This document shows, one piece after another, positions 40,111-51,056 of a stretch of DNA of 64,000 bases. A program made the translations under genes and the position numbers. The notes beneath the pieces were generated by a model that had not been told where the DNA came from, made no database searches, and saw only the letters and a list, made by a program, of their open reading frames with translations. The first letter of the stretch is position 1. Every line of letters starts with the position of its first letter. Source of the stretch: an uncultured Candidatus Binatia bacterium (GTDB lineage: Bacteria > Desulfobacterota > Binatia > Bin18); assembly GCA_965200965.1 (NCBI GenBank), contig OZ241744.1, forward strand, positions 704,001 through 768,000. The letters run 5' to 3'.

Positions 40111-43100
40111 TTAGCAGAGCATATTTTGCAGAAAACGAAAGACTTCTCCCCTGGAAAGTTGGTCGTGACAGAACTGGTTGCGGTAGTTCCGCAGACAGCC
40201 ATAGCAACTCGTATCTCCTGGACCGGCAGGGCCGCCACCGCACCCGCATCGGCCATCTACTCGGTCCCGAGCCGCTTGGAGTACGCCCTCTAAATGCTTG
40301 CCCACCCGGCCGACATGACCTGCGCCTCCCGGGACATTATCAAACAGCACCAAGGCAGGGGCCATATGCCGACCTGCGTATGGATATAAGCAGCCGTCGA
40401 GGTCTTGTCTTCTCACGCTGAGAGCCGCACTCGCGCCCTCCAGAAGGGCGTACAAAAGAGAGAGCCAGAAGTCCTCCTGCTGGATTGTGTCGACTTGAAT
40501 GCGCAGGTCAAGTATGTCCGAGAGAAATTCGTGGCCGAGGTCAGAGAAGGTCAAAGTGCCTGTGCAGTCTCTCCCCCAAGCGGTTTGATGTGAGCCACTA
40601 AACTTGTGGGAGGCGCGGAGAGCAAAGCCACATCGAGAGCAGATTTTGAAGCCTGCCCTATTGACTACGGCTAGCTTGCCGTGACGGGCGTAGGAGCCTT
40701 CAATAAGAACGCCGTTTTTGTTCTCTCGAAAAGTCTTCTCCTCTTGGCTGTCTCCAGCGAAATATACGCGGGAAGAATAGGTCCGCTCTGGACGGGACTC
40801 TCCGGGCGCTTTTGGTTTCTTAGGCTGTGTCTGAAATCCAAACTTGGGCTCGATAAAGATTTTCGGCCTGTCGAGCTCGCCTCTACATGCGCGGCAGCGA
40901 CTCGGTAAACTCTCAGCCTCGGCATGTACACTGTCGTAGCGCCCGCACTCCTGACAGATGGCGTACCGATAGCGGGGCCAAGCTAACTGGGGGAGGCATT
41001 TGAGGCCGTTACTTTTCCACAGCTGCCCTCCAGCGACGACCTCACTCTCCGGGGCATACTCGGCAATGGCGATCCGTAAATCCCGTTGCAGTTCAAGCCT
41101 CCGGGCGGCTTCGCCATGATGCAGAAGTTCCAACTCGACAACATCAACCGGAAAGCCGTACTTGGGCAGGATATTGCGGTTGGCCAAGTATTCGAGCAGA
41201 TGCCGTTCGCGGATCGTGTCGATAGCACGCAAGATATGGTCTGCAGGCTTCTTGGCCGCATTCAGTTCTTGCCGCACGTCTTCAAGGGATGCCACGGTGG
41301 TACGGACTTCCTCCGTTGCAAGGTGTAATCGGCCTTGTGGCTCATCAAAAAGCTCACCGACCCATCCCCAGCCTGTGATATCCAGCGTGTCCTGAAGCTC
41401 GGCTGGCACGATCCAGTGCAAGGCTTCCTGTAGCAGCCGCGGGCGCTGTTCCAGGAAGGTTTGAAACTGTTCAGGACCGGCGGGGTCAGACGGGAAGAAA
41501 AACGCTTTGACATCCCCGAAGAAATTGGGATGTTGCTGAAAGAACATTCCCAGGGCAACAGCATGGGCGTGGCGGCGGATGATTTTCTCATTGCGCAGTT
41601 CAAAATAGGGGGGCCGCACCCGCCCTGAAATTATCCGTTCAGGCTCCTGGAAGTATGTGAGATCATGGGAGCGACGCTGGCAGAAGGTGAGAGAGAACGC
41701 TGTCGCGTCGGCGCGACGGCCGGCTCTTCCTGCTCTTTGGATATAATTGGCTGTTTCTGGCGGAACATTGCGCAGGAGGACAGCCTCAAGCTCTCCAACA
41801 TCCACCCCCAACTCAAAGGTGGTGGAACAGCTCAGGGTATTCACTTCTCCTCGGGTAAATTTGTCCTGCAATGCCGCGGCCGCCTCCCCGGTAAGCTGGG
41901 CGGTATGCTCCTCGACTGTCATGCCTACAGGCGTGAGCCCAAGGTAAAGCTGACGATAGTGGTTGTCTTTGAAGGCAGCGGCGGGCTCGCACGCCTCCAG
42001 CTTCCCATCACAGCCATAGGTCGGGCAGATTTCTCGCAGATTGTGCAGCGATATATTGCCGCACCGCTTGCACCGCCACCAAGGGACACCCGAGTGCGTC
42101 TGATCGATGTTCGGCACGATCTCATAGTAATCATGCCGCAAGCGGTAGACGATTCCTTCAGCTCTCTTGTTGTCTTGGCGGAAGTAATCGGCGAAAGCTG
42201 AGTTTTTATCAACGAGGTTTCTCCATATGCCTGCCAGCGTCTCTGCCTCTTTCGCTACCCCGTTGGCGAGCGTGCGTGAGAGTTTTGTGAGCAGGTCTAA
42301 GCGCCTGTTTTTCTTACCATGCGCGGGTGATCTCCAACTCAGGATATGCTTTCCGCGGACGCTGGTGTTATCCCGGAAGTAATACTCTCGGTTGCGGGGA
42401 GCAAAAGCCTCGTCGGTCGGTTCAACACTAACACTGTCAGGAAAACTTACGGCTCCCTGGAGACGAAAGCTGCTGAGCAAGAGCGCGTACAATTCCCAGG
42501 CTTCGTCAGGCGAGAGTTCCCAGGGGGGCTTCAAGAGAGGAGGCGGGGGGGACCAGACTTGGGGCCGGACAAGGCGAAAGCCCAGGATGCCGAGCCCTTC
42601 AAGGCTATTGCGCCGGTCCAAAGGCAGCAACTCAAGCAAGAGCCATTTCCAGACCTCGTTGATCTTCTGTTGTAGGCTCCAGCGATTTGGGAAGATGCCG
42701 AGTTCCTCGGCAGTCCGACGGGTTGGTTCCGCTAAATCCTGAATCCTCCACTTGTTTGCGACCGCCTCCGGGTGCTGCTTTAGTGTAAGAACAAGCAAGC
42801 GGCGCCGGAGGAGCTGATTGTAGGTACGGTCCAGATAACAGGCAAAGAAAGCCGCGTCCTGGCGGCTGTCGGAGAAGACGAGCAGCTTTTTCCGCTCGTC
42901 TGAAGGGCGAGCCGAAGGTGCGGGGGGTGGCGCGCCCCACTCGTCCTGCTCCTCATTCTGTTCTTCTTTCAGTGGTTCGGGTGCGGATGGAATCTCCTGG
43001 TAAAGCGCTGTGGCAAGCACGCTGGTGGCTGCATCCTGGCCGGTCAGGAAACGCAGAACCAGCCCCGGACTCCTGGTCCCACAGGCAGGGCAGTGATTGA

Positions 43101-44982
43101 CCTGACGGTCCCGGGACGGAACCTTCTGCACTTGCCGGTGCTGGTGTTGGTCCTGAGCACAGCAACACGAGGAATGAAGGCTACCCTTCGGGTCAAGAGC
43201 GCCGCACTTGCCGCACAAGTCAAAGATTTCTTTTTCTTCCTGCCACTCCTCTTCTGCGGCTATGTCTTCATCATCATCCGCGGGCAGGGCAGGGGCAGAT
43301 TTCTCAAGGAGCAGGTAGAACTCAACGTCCTCACGGTTTTCCTCAGAAATTGTCGGAGGATGCCGCAGAACACTTGCAGAAGGGCTTCTCAAATCTGGGG
43401 ATGGGCTTGTCTTCCCAACGAGATACAGGGCACCGCACCGTCGGCAGGATGCCGCTTCAAAAACCCGCCATGCTTCGCCTGCTTGTTCAACGGTTTCTTG
43501 CCGATCTAAAAAAAGGCGAGGCTCGGGCGTCAGGCTCACATAACCCCCTTCCAGGGCTCGCACAAACAGGTGGTAACGGGCTGGAAGAAGCGGGAGGTCC
43601 CCTTTCTGGGCCTTGGCCTGCACCGCAAGGTCAACCAGAGCGACAGCGCTTTCCTGGGCATTGTCGCCCAGAATGTCAGCGGCAATACGGCTGAGAAGAC
43701 AGGGCTTGTCAGTCAGCCTTTCGCGCAGCGTATGGAGGTCCTCATCTCCTCTAAGGACTCGGTAAAGGAAAGCCTGGACTGCTCCCTGCCCGAGTACTTG
43801 CCGGCTCTCATTTTCTGCGTTTTGAAGGATATCCCTTGGGACACCTAAGCGTTTTCCACTTTCCACCATCTTCTTGATTTGAGAGGCAGGAGCCGAGCGG
43901 GCTTTTACTATATGCTGCCAGTCGGTGTAGAGACCAGAATTAGGTTTCCCCCAGCGTAGTCCAAGGTCTTCCACGGGAATCCTGGCTGCTTCAACCACGT
44001 CTTGACATTCAGCGGTGGTTTCTCGCCACTCAAAGCGTTCGCCGAAAAGCTGTGTAGCAAAGCGGGTCACAGCGGGGAAGTCTTCCCGTCCTCCCCCGAG
44101 GGTCGCGCTGGTTGCAATAGCCTGGAGACGGTGCTTCTTGCCTCGCTTGACACGGTCTTTGAGGCGACGGAGGAGCATTGCCATCTCGATACCGACAGCC
44201 CCGTTGTATGTATGCGCCTCGTCCAGGATGAGAAAGCGCCACTCTCCCGCATAGGAACCGTCAAAAAAGTTGCAGTCTTCGGGGCGGAGGAGGAGGTATT
44301 CCAGCATCGCGTAATTTGTCAAAAGCAGGTGGGGAGGTGTCGCCCGCATCTCTTCACGCGACAGCAATTCGTTTGGGATAGGCTCTGTGGCATAGTGGTG
44401 CCGGAAATGCTTTTCTGCTTCTGGCTGGCTTGTTTTCGTCTCCCCCGTGTAGCGGCCAAAGGTGATGTCAGCATAGTTCTGAAGAAGGACGCGGAGCCGC
44501 TTCAGTTGATCGTTGGCCAGGGCGTTCATGGGGTAGAGAAGCAACGCTCGGACACCCGGAGTGAGCTGGCCCGTCTGTTCTTTTTGTCGGAGCAGATAGT
44601 TGAGGATGGGGATGAGGAAGCTCTCTGTCTTGCCGCTCCCGGTACCTGTAGCGACGACAAGGTTGCGCTGGGCGGAAGTGGCTTTTCTGATAGCCTGTTC
44701 CTGGTGAACATAGAGAGGTCGGTCAAGAGGAAGACCTTCGCTCTGGATTTCCCGAAAGCCGGCAGAGAGAACCCCTTCGTCTATCAGGTCATGCAGACTC
44801 CTTGCCTGTTGGAACGGCGGGGTAGCCTCTAAGAAAGGTCCTTTGACGAAATGGTCTTCCTCACTGAGGCGTTGCCGGAACTGATCCGCCAAAGCAGCGT
44901 CGCTGAGGGGAAACGCGGTCGTGAGGTAGTTCAGGTAGGCTTCTTTGATATGCGCTGTTGTCCGCAGTGGGTCAAGTCCCAT
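40111..44982 (-). CDS. Large SF2 DEAH helicase with Zn ribbons and C-terminal DUF1998 (DruE/MrfA-YprA-like)
   Basis: ATGTGSGKT, YPMNALANDQ, LDEAH, TSAT, FSDSRQDAA, TTFELGVDVG, QRAGRAGR; C-terminal CxC...SCYGCL...NQ..H. Confidence 0.9.
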   Translation of the reverse strand: MGLDPLRTTAHIKEAYLNYLTTAFPLSDAALADQFRQRLSEEDHFVKGPFLEATPPFQQARSLHDLIDEGVLSAGFREIQSEGLPLDRPLYVHQEQAIRKATSAQRNLVVATGTGSGKTESFLIPILNYLLRQKEQTGQLTPGVRALLLYPMNALANDQLKRLRVLLQNYADITFGRYTGETKTSQPEAEKHFRHHYATEPIPNELLSREEMRATPPHLLLTNYAMLEYLLLRPEDCNFFDGSYAGEWRFLILDEAHTYNGAVGIEMAMLLRRLKDRVKRGKKHRLQAIATSATLGGGREDFPAVTRFATQLFGERFEWRETTAECQDVVEAARIPVEDLGLRWGKPNSGLYTDWQHIVKARSAPASQIKKMVESGKRLGVPRDILQNAENESRQVLGQGAVQAFLYRVLRGDEDLHTLRERLTDKPCLLSRIAADILGDNAQESAVALVDLAVQAKAQKGDLPLLPARYHLFVRALEGGYVSLTPEPRLFLDRQETVEQAGEAWRVFEAASCRRCGALYLVGKTSPSPDLRSPSASVLRHPPTISEENREDVEFYLLLEKSAPALPADDDEDIAAEEEWQEEKEIFDLCGKCGALDPKGSLHSSCCCAQDQHQHRQVQKVPSRDRQVNHCPACGTRSPGLVLRFLTGQDAATSVLATALYQEIPSAPEPLKEEQNEEQDEWGAPPPAPSARPSDERKKLLVFSDSRQDAAFFACYLDRTYNQLLRRRLLVLTLKQHPEAVANKWRIQDLAEPTRRTAEELGIFPNRWSLQQKINEVWKWLLLELLPLDRRNSLEGLGILGFRLVRPQVWSPPPPLLKPPWELSPDEAWELYALLLSSFRLQGAVSFPDSVSVEPTDEAFAPRNREYYFRDNTSVRGKHILSWRSPAHGKKNRRLDLLTKLSRTLANGVAKEAETLAGIWRNLVDKNSAFADYFRQDNKRAEGIVYRLRHDYYEIVPNIDQTHSGVPWWRCKRCGNISLHNLREICPTYGCDGKLEACEPAAAFKDNHYRQLYLGLTPVGMTVEEHTAQLTGEAAAALQDKFTRGEVNTLSCSTTFELGVDVGELEAVLLRNVPPETANYIQRAGRAGRRADATAFSLTFCQRRSHDLTYFQEPERIISGRVRPPYFELRNEKIIRRHAHAVALGMFFQQHPNFFGDVKAFFFPSDPAGPEQFQTFLEQRPRLLQEALHWIVPAELQDTLDITGWGWVGELFDEPQGRLHLATEEVRTTVASLEDVRQELNAAKKPADHILRAIDTIRERHLLEYLANRNILPKYGFPVDVVELELLHHGEAARRLELQRDLRIAIAEYAPESEVVAGGQLWKSNGLKCLPQLAWPRYRYAICQECGRYDSVHAEAESLPSRCRACRGELDRPKIFIEPKFGFQTQPKKPKAPGESRPERTYSSRVYFAGDSQEEKTFRENKNGVLIEGSYARHGKLAVVNRAGFKICSRCGFALRASHKFSGSHQTAWGRDCTGTLTFSDLGHEFLSDILDLRIQVDTIQQEDFWLSLLYALLEGASAALSVRRQDLDGCLYPYAGRHMAPALVLFDNVPGGAGHVGRVGKHLEGVLQAARDRVDGRCGCGGGPAGPGDTSCYGCLRNYRNQFCHDQLSRGEVFRFLQNMLC

Positions 44983-45006
44983 ACATACTTTCTTTCTTCT
45001 TCACGG

Positions 45007-48000
45007 TCAGCCAGAGCTCGGCGGCCTAAAGCTCTCCTCCGCCCATTCCAAGTGTCTCCGATATGCCTGCCCGTGTGTCTGGTAGAACCGATGTCCCCAG
45101 GAGTCTATCTTCTCGGCAACAGGCTCAGGGAAACGCAAGCGTCTGTAAGCCCCAGCCCTCTGAAGCGTGGCGGTCAGGCATAAAATTCCGTCTGGAGCCA
45201 AGCGTCTGGGCCGAATTTTTACGACCTCTTTGAGAGAAACAGAGATGGCTACCTTCGCTATTCTCCGCTTAATTTTCTTCTCGCACGACCAACGCAGAAG
45301 TTTTTCCCCTCGCATTGGGACAATTCCTTCAAGTTTCAATAGTCTCTGCTCCTCATAGGCAAGCTCTCCACTGGCTGAGAGAAGACGCTGGAGGAAGCGT
45401 CTGGCTGGCTCAAGGGACTGCCATGTTGCTTTCTCGTAGAGAGCTAAGATTTCCTCTTCCGAGTTGTCCCGCTCTTTTTCATGTCTGCTCAGTAGATCGC
45501 CGCCTTTGTCAGAGAGCAGAAGCTTTTTTAAGGAGGGTTTCCAGGGCTGACCAAGAAATCCCCATCTCGCGTAGAGCCCGGCAAAAAGGCGGAGTATGCT
45601 CTCCCTGTCCGGAGCGTGATGGTCTATGAGAAACCCGGCCAAGTTCTCGGCAAAATCATGCTGCCGCTCTCCGCATTGTTGGAGTATCCGGCGGAAAAGG
45701 GTGTTACTGTCTCCCCAGCTTTCCTCTCTTATGAGTACCGCTTTGCAGAATGTTCTCGCCTGCTCTGACTGAGAGACGAAGGCTTGCACAGTCTGAAAAT
45801 CGAGATCAAGGGCTGAGAGTGCCTCCCCGCTTGTGATCTTGTCAAGCAAAGCTTCCATATGGCGTGCAGGGGAATCGAGAAGGATGCTCTCGCCTTCCCG
45901 TAGCTCAAGGTCGAAGACGCTGCCTCCATAAGGGCTTGGAGGCTCTGAGGGATCTGGGGCAAAGGGGTCACGAACAATCAGTTCCAGGCGGTACAGCCCA
46001 TGAGGGAGGAGGCTTCTTTCAATTTCAGCGTCCGATCTGTTGTCTTCAACCGTCACTTCAACAGGGTCTCTTTGTGGCTCGTCAAGATTCCACACTCGAA
46101 GGGCCCGATTCTTGACCTTTCCCTTGTCATGCCAGTTGAAAGAAAGAGTCCGTCTGTCCTCAGTGAAAATATGTTTGACCTGTATATCCTCAACCCGCCA
46201 CCTGATCTCCACCCGTAGGGAGCAAAGATGCCTTGGACTGTTCTCACCAGGAAGGGTGAGATCGAGATACAAGTCATTCCTGGAAAGACCATTGCCTCCC
46301 AAGCCACCCAGGAAGGGCAAAAGAGGGCAGCCCCCTTTTCCATTTTTCAGTTCAAAAGACTGTCTGTGATCAGCCCCGGCGAGAGACAAGCTGCAAGCAA
46401 TATCCTGGCCGAGGTCTCCTCGTACCAGGAGGGATGCTTCTTGGGCGTCTTGGAGCTCCTGCAAGGTGAGGTTGAGCGGTTGGTCAGACCAGTACAGGGA
46501 GGCGGTCTCGGCCAGCCCGCTCAAGGCCCACCGAAGGCGTGACACCGGCATTTCGAGGGGCACCTCCACGGTTGTTTCACCCGCGTCAAAGCAGAGTTTC
46601 AGGCTGACTTGATCGCTCTCGGCTGGGACATTGACCCGGTAGCAGTTGCGGTTGAACATCCCCTCCGCCGGCGGCTCAACCATGCCTTCCTTCAAGCGGG
46701 CAGACTCCACCGTGAAGGACAGGGGCTGCGAGCCGGTATTCGAGTCTGGGAGGAGTTTCTCTGCCGGGAAGTGAAACTTTACCTCGGGAAGAATGCAAAT
46801 GTGGAAAGTCCTATCCTGACCCAGGCGGCCACGAACCCGGATGATAAAACGTCCACAAGGATTGGGACCGAGCAAATCAGGCTCTTCCAGGGAAAGCCTC
46901 AGGAAACGGTCTTCAGGCTTGGAAGCCGCCAGCGCGTTTTCTAGCGGGACCTCTTTCCTTTCTGCTGGGTATGACCCGCTCATTGGTATGATGGTCAAGT
47001 GGAGGCGTGTCGGGCCTTTTGCGTCGGAGGGCAGGGGAATGAGAAGCCTGGGAGGCGTCCCCAGGTAGACCGCGAATTCTCCGCTGGATACCCGCGGCCA
47101 GGGAAAAGCGCTCTCTGATTCCAAAATCGGTGTCTCTCTCCACTCAACAGGGACCGGGAGCGAGTGGCCTTTCTCGTCTGCTAAAGAAATATATGGCGAT
47201 GGACCTTCGGCAACCCGGAAACGTTTCGCTTGAAACTCCTGAAACTCTGCCTCCTCAATAACCGGAATGGTCGTGGAAATCTCCCAGGACGAACGAAAAA
47301 CAAGCCAGAAGTCCCTCTCGGTAATGTTGTCCAGAAGTCTCCAGGATATGCCGTGGAAAATCATCCAAGGGTGATCTGAACTGACCCCGGAGAAGGTCCA
47401 CACACGAAGGCGCTTGTCCCCGCTGCACAGCGCGAATTCGTACTTTTCTCCCAGTGGACCATCGCGGAATTTGGGCAGCTCACTTGTTTCGATCATCTCC
47501 CCCTTTGGGGTTCCGGGTAGCTGAATAGATGTAAGAAGATTCCCACCCTGCCGGACTTGAAGCGTGAGTCCGCTCCCCTCGCTGAGGGAGCCGGGAGAAA
47601 CTCTTTGGGGTGGGAAAGAAAAAAGAAGACAACCAGTAGCGGGATCCAAGTCAATCTCAGGAGCACGATAACGGGGAAGGTTTGTTTGTCTGTGGGTTGA
47701 GCGGGAGACTGGGGACGCAACTTTCTCCTCCAGCCATTTCGAGAACCTTTCAACAAGCTGTCCAGGCAAGCCGAAATTTTCTCCGCCAGGCACAGAGCCC
47801 GTGGGAGCGTCCATAGCCATGTCTAAACTTCGCTGTAAAAAATCGCTCGCAATTTTTCCCCCATTTTCAAGAAAACGGCGCACCGGGATATCGGTGGCGA
47901 GCGTCTGGGCGGAATGTTTTTGCCACTCGGTGATGAGATGGGCGGAACTGCCATCGTAGTCAAGTTTTCCTTCTACCACCGGCCAGAGCAAATGCTCAAA

Positions 48001-48429
48001 GAAATCAGCGAGACAATAGTCGGGTATCCCGCCATGAATCAGGATGGGAGTAACAAAGCGCAGCCCTCCGCTGCCTTGAAAATCCGCTAACTCAAAATCC
48101 CGGAGGACTGTCTTGAAAATCTCTCCCCATTTTTGGGGCCAAATGTGCTGCGGTAGACCGACCGGCTGACACACCGCTGTCCAGTAGTCTCCTTTGTGGT
48201 AGTCCCGCCCCTTCCAGACGAGAAAACAGGCGAGGGTGCATGAGGCGTGTTCCCGGAGGAATTGGGTTGCCCAGCCCGGGCCAGATGAACGAATCAGAGC
48301 GTGGATTGCCTCCTCTATGTCATTTCCTTGCTCGTCAGACAGAGGGCGCTCTCCGATGAGCGCTACTTCTCGGAACAGCGGACTTAGCTGCCTCTCGAAT
48401 TCAAGAAGGGTACTATGGGACGGGTCCAT
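45007..48429 (-). CDS. 1140-aa hypothetical protein co-transcribed with the helicase (DruH-like position)
   Basis: Intact long ORF with RBS GAAGGAGG, 24 bp upstream of the helicase; N-terminal YW...WG..F...PILIHGGIP motif. Confidence 0.75.
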   Translation of the reverse strand: MDPSHSTLLEFERQLSPLFREVALIGERPLSDEQGNDIEEAIHALIRSSGPGWATQFLREHASCTLACFLVWKGRDYHKGDYWTAVCQPVGLPQHIWPQKWGEIFKTVLRDFELADFQGSGGLRFVTPILIHGGIPDYCLADFFEHLLWPVVEGKLDYDGSSAHLITEWQKHSAQTLATDIPVRRFLENGGKIASDFLQRSLDMAMDAPTGSVPGGENFGLPGQLVERFSKWLEEKVASPVSRSTHRQTNLPRYRAPEIDLDPATGCLLFSFPPQRVSPGSLSEGSGLTLQVRQGGNLLTSIQLPGTPKGEMIETSELPKFRDGPLGEKYEFALCSGDKRLRVWTFSGVSSDHPWMIFHGISWRLLDNITERDFWLVFRSSWEISTTIPVIEEAEFQEFQAKRFRVAEGPSPYISLADEKGHSLPVPVEWRETPILESESAFPWPRVSSGEFAVYLGTPPRLLIPLPSDAKGPTRLHLTIIPMSGSYPAERKEVPLENALAASKPEDRFLRLSLEEPDLLGPNPCGRFIIRVRGRLGQDRTFHICILPEVKFHFPAEKLLPDSNTGSQPLSFTVESARLKEGMVEPPAEGMFNRNCYRVNVPAESDQVSLKLCFDAGETTVEVPLEMPVSRLRWALSGLAETASLYWSDQPLNLTLQELQDAQEASLLVRGDLGQDIACSLSLAGADHRQSFELKNGKGGCPLLPFLGGLGGNGLSRNDLYLDLTLPGENSPRHLCSLRVEIRWRVEDIQVKHIFTEDRRTLSFNWHDKGKVKNRALRVWNLDEPQRDPVEVTVEDNRSDAEIERSLLPHGLYRLELIVRDPFAPDPSEPPSPYGGSVFDLELREGESILLDSPARHMEALLDKITSGEALSALDLDFQTVQAFVSQSEQARTFCKAVLIREESWGDSNTLFRRILQQCGERQHDFAENLAGFLIDHHAPDRESILRLFAGLYARWGFLGQPWKPSLKKLLLSDKGGDLLSRHEKERDNSEEEILALYEKATWQSLEPARRFLQRLLSASGELAYEEQRLLKLEGIVPMRGEKLLRWSCEKKIKRRIAKVAISVSLKEVVKIRPRRLAPDGILCLTATLQRAGAYRRLRFPEPVAEKIDSWGHRFYQTHGQAYRRHLEWAEESFRPPSSG

Positions 48430-48632
48430 AAGCTTCGAGCCTCCTTCGAGATGACAAATGAACGCTCAGCATAACAGGCCATGTTCGCAGGACAAGACGC
48501 CGGGGCCGGAATGCTCAATATCATTGAGGTGTCAGGGGATGTGCCGGTGCGCTCAGGAGAGCAGGGGGTCATCGTGCATTGTCACTCTGGTGGACTTTCT
48601 GCTGGCTGTGCATCTTCGGGGGGAGAGTGAGC

Positions 48633-49364
48633 CTAGGCCAGGGCACGCCCGCCGTCTACATGGAAGCTTGAGCCTGTGCTGTAGTCCGACTCGGCAACAA
48701 AGACGACGACCGCGGCCACGTCTTCGGGGCTGCCGGCGCGTTTGAGCAGGGTTTTGTTGATTTCGCGCTGCCGCACGCTGTCGGGCGTGTCGTCCTGAAA
48801 CAGGACCGGGCCGGGAATGACCGCGTTGACCATGACCTGCGGCGCGAGTTCCATCGCCAAGCCCTGGGTGAAGGTCAGCACACAGGCTTTGGACACCGAA
48901 TAGGGGATGTAGTCGGCCCAGGGCCGCTGCCCGGCCACATCGGCAATGTTGATGATATGCCCCCAGCCCCGCTCCCGCATACGCAGGCCAATTTTATGGG
49001 CGCACAAAAAGGTCCCGGTCAGATTCACGTCCATGATCCGCTGCCAGTCTTCGATGCTGAGGGTAGCGACCGGCGTGCGGTAGAACAGGGCGGCGTTGTT
49101 GACCAGGATGTCGATGCGGCCGAAGTGGGCGGTGGCCGCGGCGATCATGGCCTCAACCTCGTCCTCTCTGGTGATGTCGGCCCGAAGCGCGATGGCCCGA
49201 TGGCCGGCGGCCCGGAGTTGGCCGACGGTGTCTTCGGCCTGGGTCTGCGAGCGGTGGTAGTGGACCACGAGATGGCAGCCCCGGGCCGCCAACGCCTGAA
49301 CGATCGCGCTGCCGACCCGTTTTGCGCCACCGGTGACCAGGGCGATTTTGCCGGAGATATTCAT
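48633..49364 (-). CDS. Pteridine reductase-like SDR
   Basis: TGGAKRVG, VHYHRS, NIAD, YSVSK. Confidence 0.8.
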   Translation of the reverse strand: MNISGKIALVTGGAKRVGSAIVQALAARGCHLVVHYHRSQTQAEDTVGQLRAAGHRAIALRADITREDEVEAMIAAATAHFGRIDILVNNAALFYRTPVATLSIEDWQRIMDVNLTGTFLCAHKIGLRMRERGWGHIINIADVAGQRPWADYIPYSVSKACVLTFTQGLAMELAPQVMVNAVIPGPVLFQDDTPDSVRQREINKTLLKRAGSPEDVAAVVVFVAESDYSTGSSFHVDGGRALA

Positions 49365-50147
49365 TCACGCCTTCACGGGATCGTGCTGGGGTTGCAGGAC
49401 GAGTTCGACCGGGCAGCAGCCCGGCGGCAGCATCACGAGATGATAGACGGCTTTGGCCACATCCTCGGGGCTGAGCATTTTGTGGCGGGTGAGGCGTCTG
49501 TTGGCCGGGATCATCGCCGTATCGACATAGCCCGGATATATCGTTGAAACCCTGATGCCTTTTTCCCGGACTTCTTCAAGCAAGGCCTGGCTAAAGCCTC
49601 TGACCCCGAACTTGGCCGCGGCATAGGCGGCTTCACCGGCTCTTCCAGCCAGCCCGGCCTGCGAGCATATATTGATGATCGTCCCCCGCCGGCGGGCCAG
49701 CATGGCCGGCAGTGCCAGCTTCGAGACCAGCATGGTCGCCCAGAGGTTGGTCCGCAGGGTGGCCTCCCAGTCAGCCCGCTGTGCTCTGACCACCGGTGTG
49801 CGTGGCGGGCCGCCGCCGGCGTTATTGACGACAATATCGAGTTGCCCGAAACGTGCCAGCGCGGTCTCGACCAGGGCTTGGGTCTGCTCATCCTCGGTCA
49901 CATCGGTTGGCAGGGGCAAGGCGGTAACGTCGAACTGTTGGGCCAGCCTCGCCGTCTCGCCCAGCTGGCTTTCGGTCCGGGCGGCCAGCACAAGGGCCAC
50001 GCCGGCCCGCGCCAGTCGGAGCGCAATCGCTCTGCCTATTCCCCGGCCCGCGCCCGTAATCAGCGCAACCTGCCCGGAAAGATGTTGATCTCGCCCAACA
50101 TGGGCCTCGCTCATCACCGAGTGCTGTGTGTGCGCTGTCGCAGCCAT
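49365..50147 (-). CDS. SDR oxidoreductase
   Basis: TGAGRGIG, NNAG, YAAAK. Confidence 0.9.
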   Translation of the reverse strand: MAATAHTQHSVMSEAHVGRDQHLSGQVALITGAGRGIGRAIALRLARAGVALVLAARTESQLGETARLAQQFDVTALPLPTDVTEDEQTQALVETALARFGQLDIVVNNAGGGPPRTPVVRAQRADWEATLRTNLWATMLVSKLALPAMLARRRGTIINICSQAGLAGRAGEAAYAAAKFGVRGFSQALLEEVREKGIRVSTIYPGYVDTAMIPANRRLTRHKMLSPEDVAKAVYHLVMLPPGCCPVELVLQPQHDPVKA

Positions 50148-50211
50148 TTTCTTGCTTTTAGCATGGGGGGACGCTAGTATCCAAGCCGCGCTTGGCGCAG
50201 AAGGAGGAGCT

Positions 50212-50991
50212 ATGGCCTACGAATATGTTCTGTATGAAAAAAAGGATCATATTGCGACGATCACCCTGAACCGCCCGGCAGTCATGAATGCGGTCCATCC
50301 GCCGACCACCGCCGAGCTGTCGGGGATTTGGGATGACGCCATTGCCGATGACGATGTGTGGGTGGTTCTGCTGACCGGGGCCGGAGAGCGGGCGTTCTCG
50401 GCCGGCAATGATCTGAAACACACCGCCTCCAAGGGAATGCCGACCGGGCCGCGGCCAACAGGCGGGTTTGGCGGTCTGACCGACCGCACCGATATTGACA
50501 AGCCGCTGATTGCCGCGGTCAACGGCTTTGCCCTCGGCGGCGGCTTTGAGATGGCGCTGGCCTGTGACATCATCATTGCCGCCGACCACGCCCGGCTGGG
50601 GCTGCCCGAGCCGCGGGTGGGGCTGGCCGCGGCCGCGGGCGGCGTTCATCGCCTGCCGCGGCAGATTCCGCTCAAGATAGCCATGGGTTATCTGCTGACC
50701 GGGAAACACATGACCGCTCAGGAGGCCCACGCGCTGGGCATTGTGAATGAGGTCGTGCCGCTCAAAGACCTGATGCCCACCGCCCACCGTTGGGCCGGCG
50801 AAATCCTCGAATGCGCCCCCCTGTCGGTCCGGGCGACCAAACAGTGCGCCATGCAGGGCCTCGGCCGACCGCTCGCTCAAGCCCTGGACGACTCCTATCC
50901 AGCCCTCAAGCAGATGTTCTCCTCGGAAGATGTCAAAGAGGGGCCGCGGGCCTTTGCCGAGAAGCGCAAGCCCAACTGGCAGGCAAGATAG
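50212..50991 (+). CDS. Enoyl-CoA hydratase/crotonase
   Basis: FSAGNDL, KPLIAAVNGFALGGGFE, LPEPRVG, AFAEKRKP. Confidence 0.93.
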   Translation: MAYEYVLYEKKDHIATITLNRPAVMNAVHPPTTAELSGIWDDAIADDDVWVVLLTGAGERAFSAGNDLKHTASKGMPTGPRPTGGFGGLTDRTDIDKPLIAAVNGFALGGGFEMALACDIIIAADHARLGLPEPRVGLAAAAGGVHRLPRQIPLKIAMGYLLTGKHMTAQEAHALGIVNEVVPLKDLMPTAHRWAGEILECAPLSVRATKQCAMQGLGRPLAQALDDSYPALKQMFSSEDVKEGPRAFAEKRKPNWQAR

Positions 50992-51056
50992 GCGGCTGCC
51001 AGCCGGGTGGGAGAGGCCCCCCATCCCGATGATGGGCAGGGGAGGAGGCGCTGAGA

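Noticed and set aside
39830-48630. att sites or terminal repeats around the helicase island
   Set aside because: No convincing direct or inverted repeats found by eye; no tRNA or integrase
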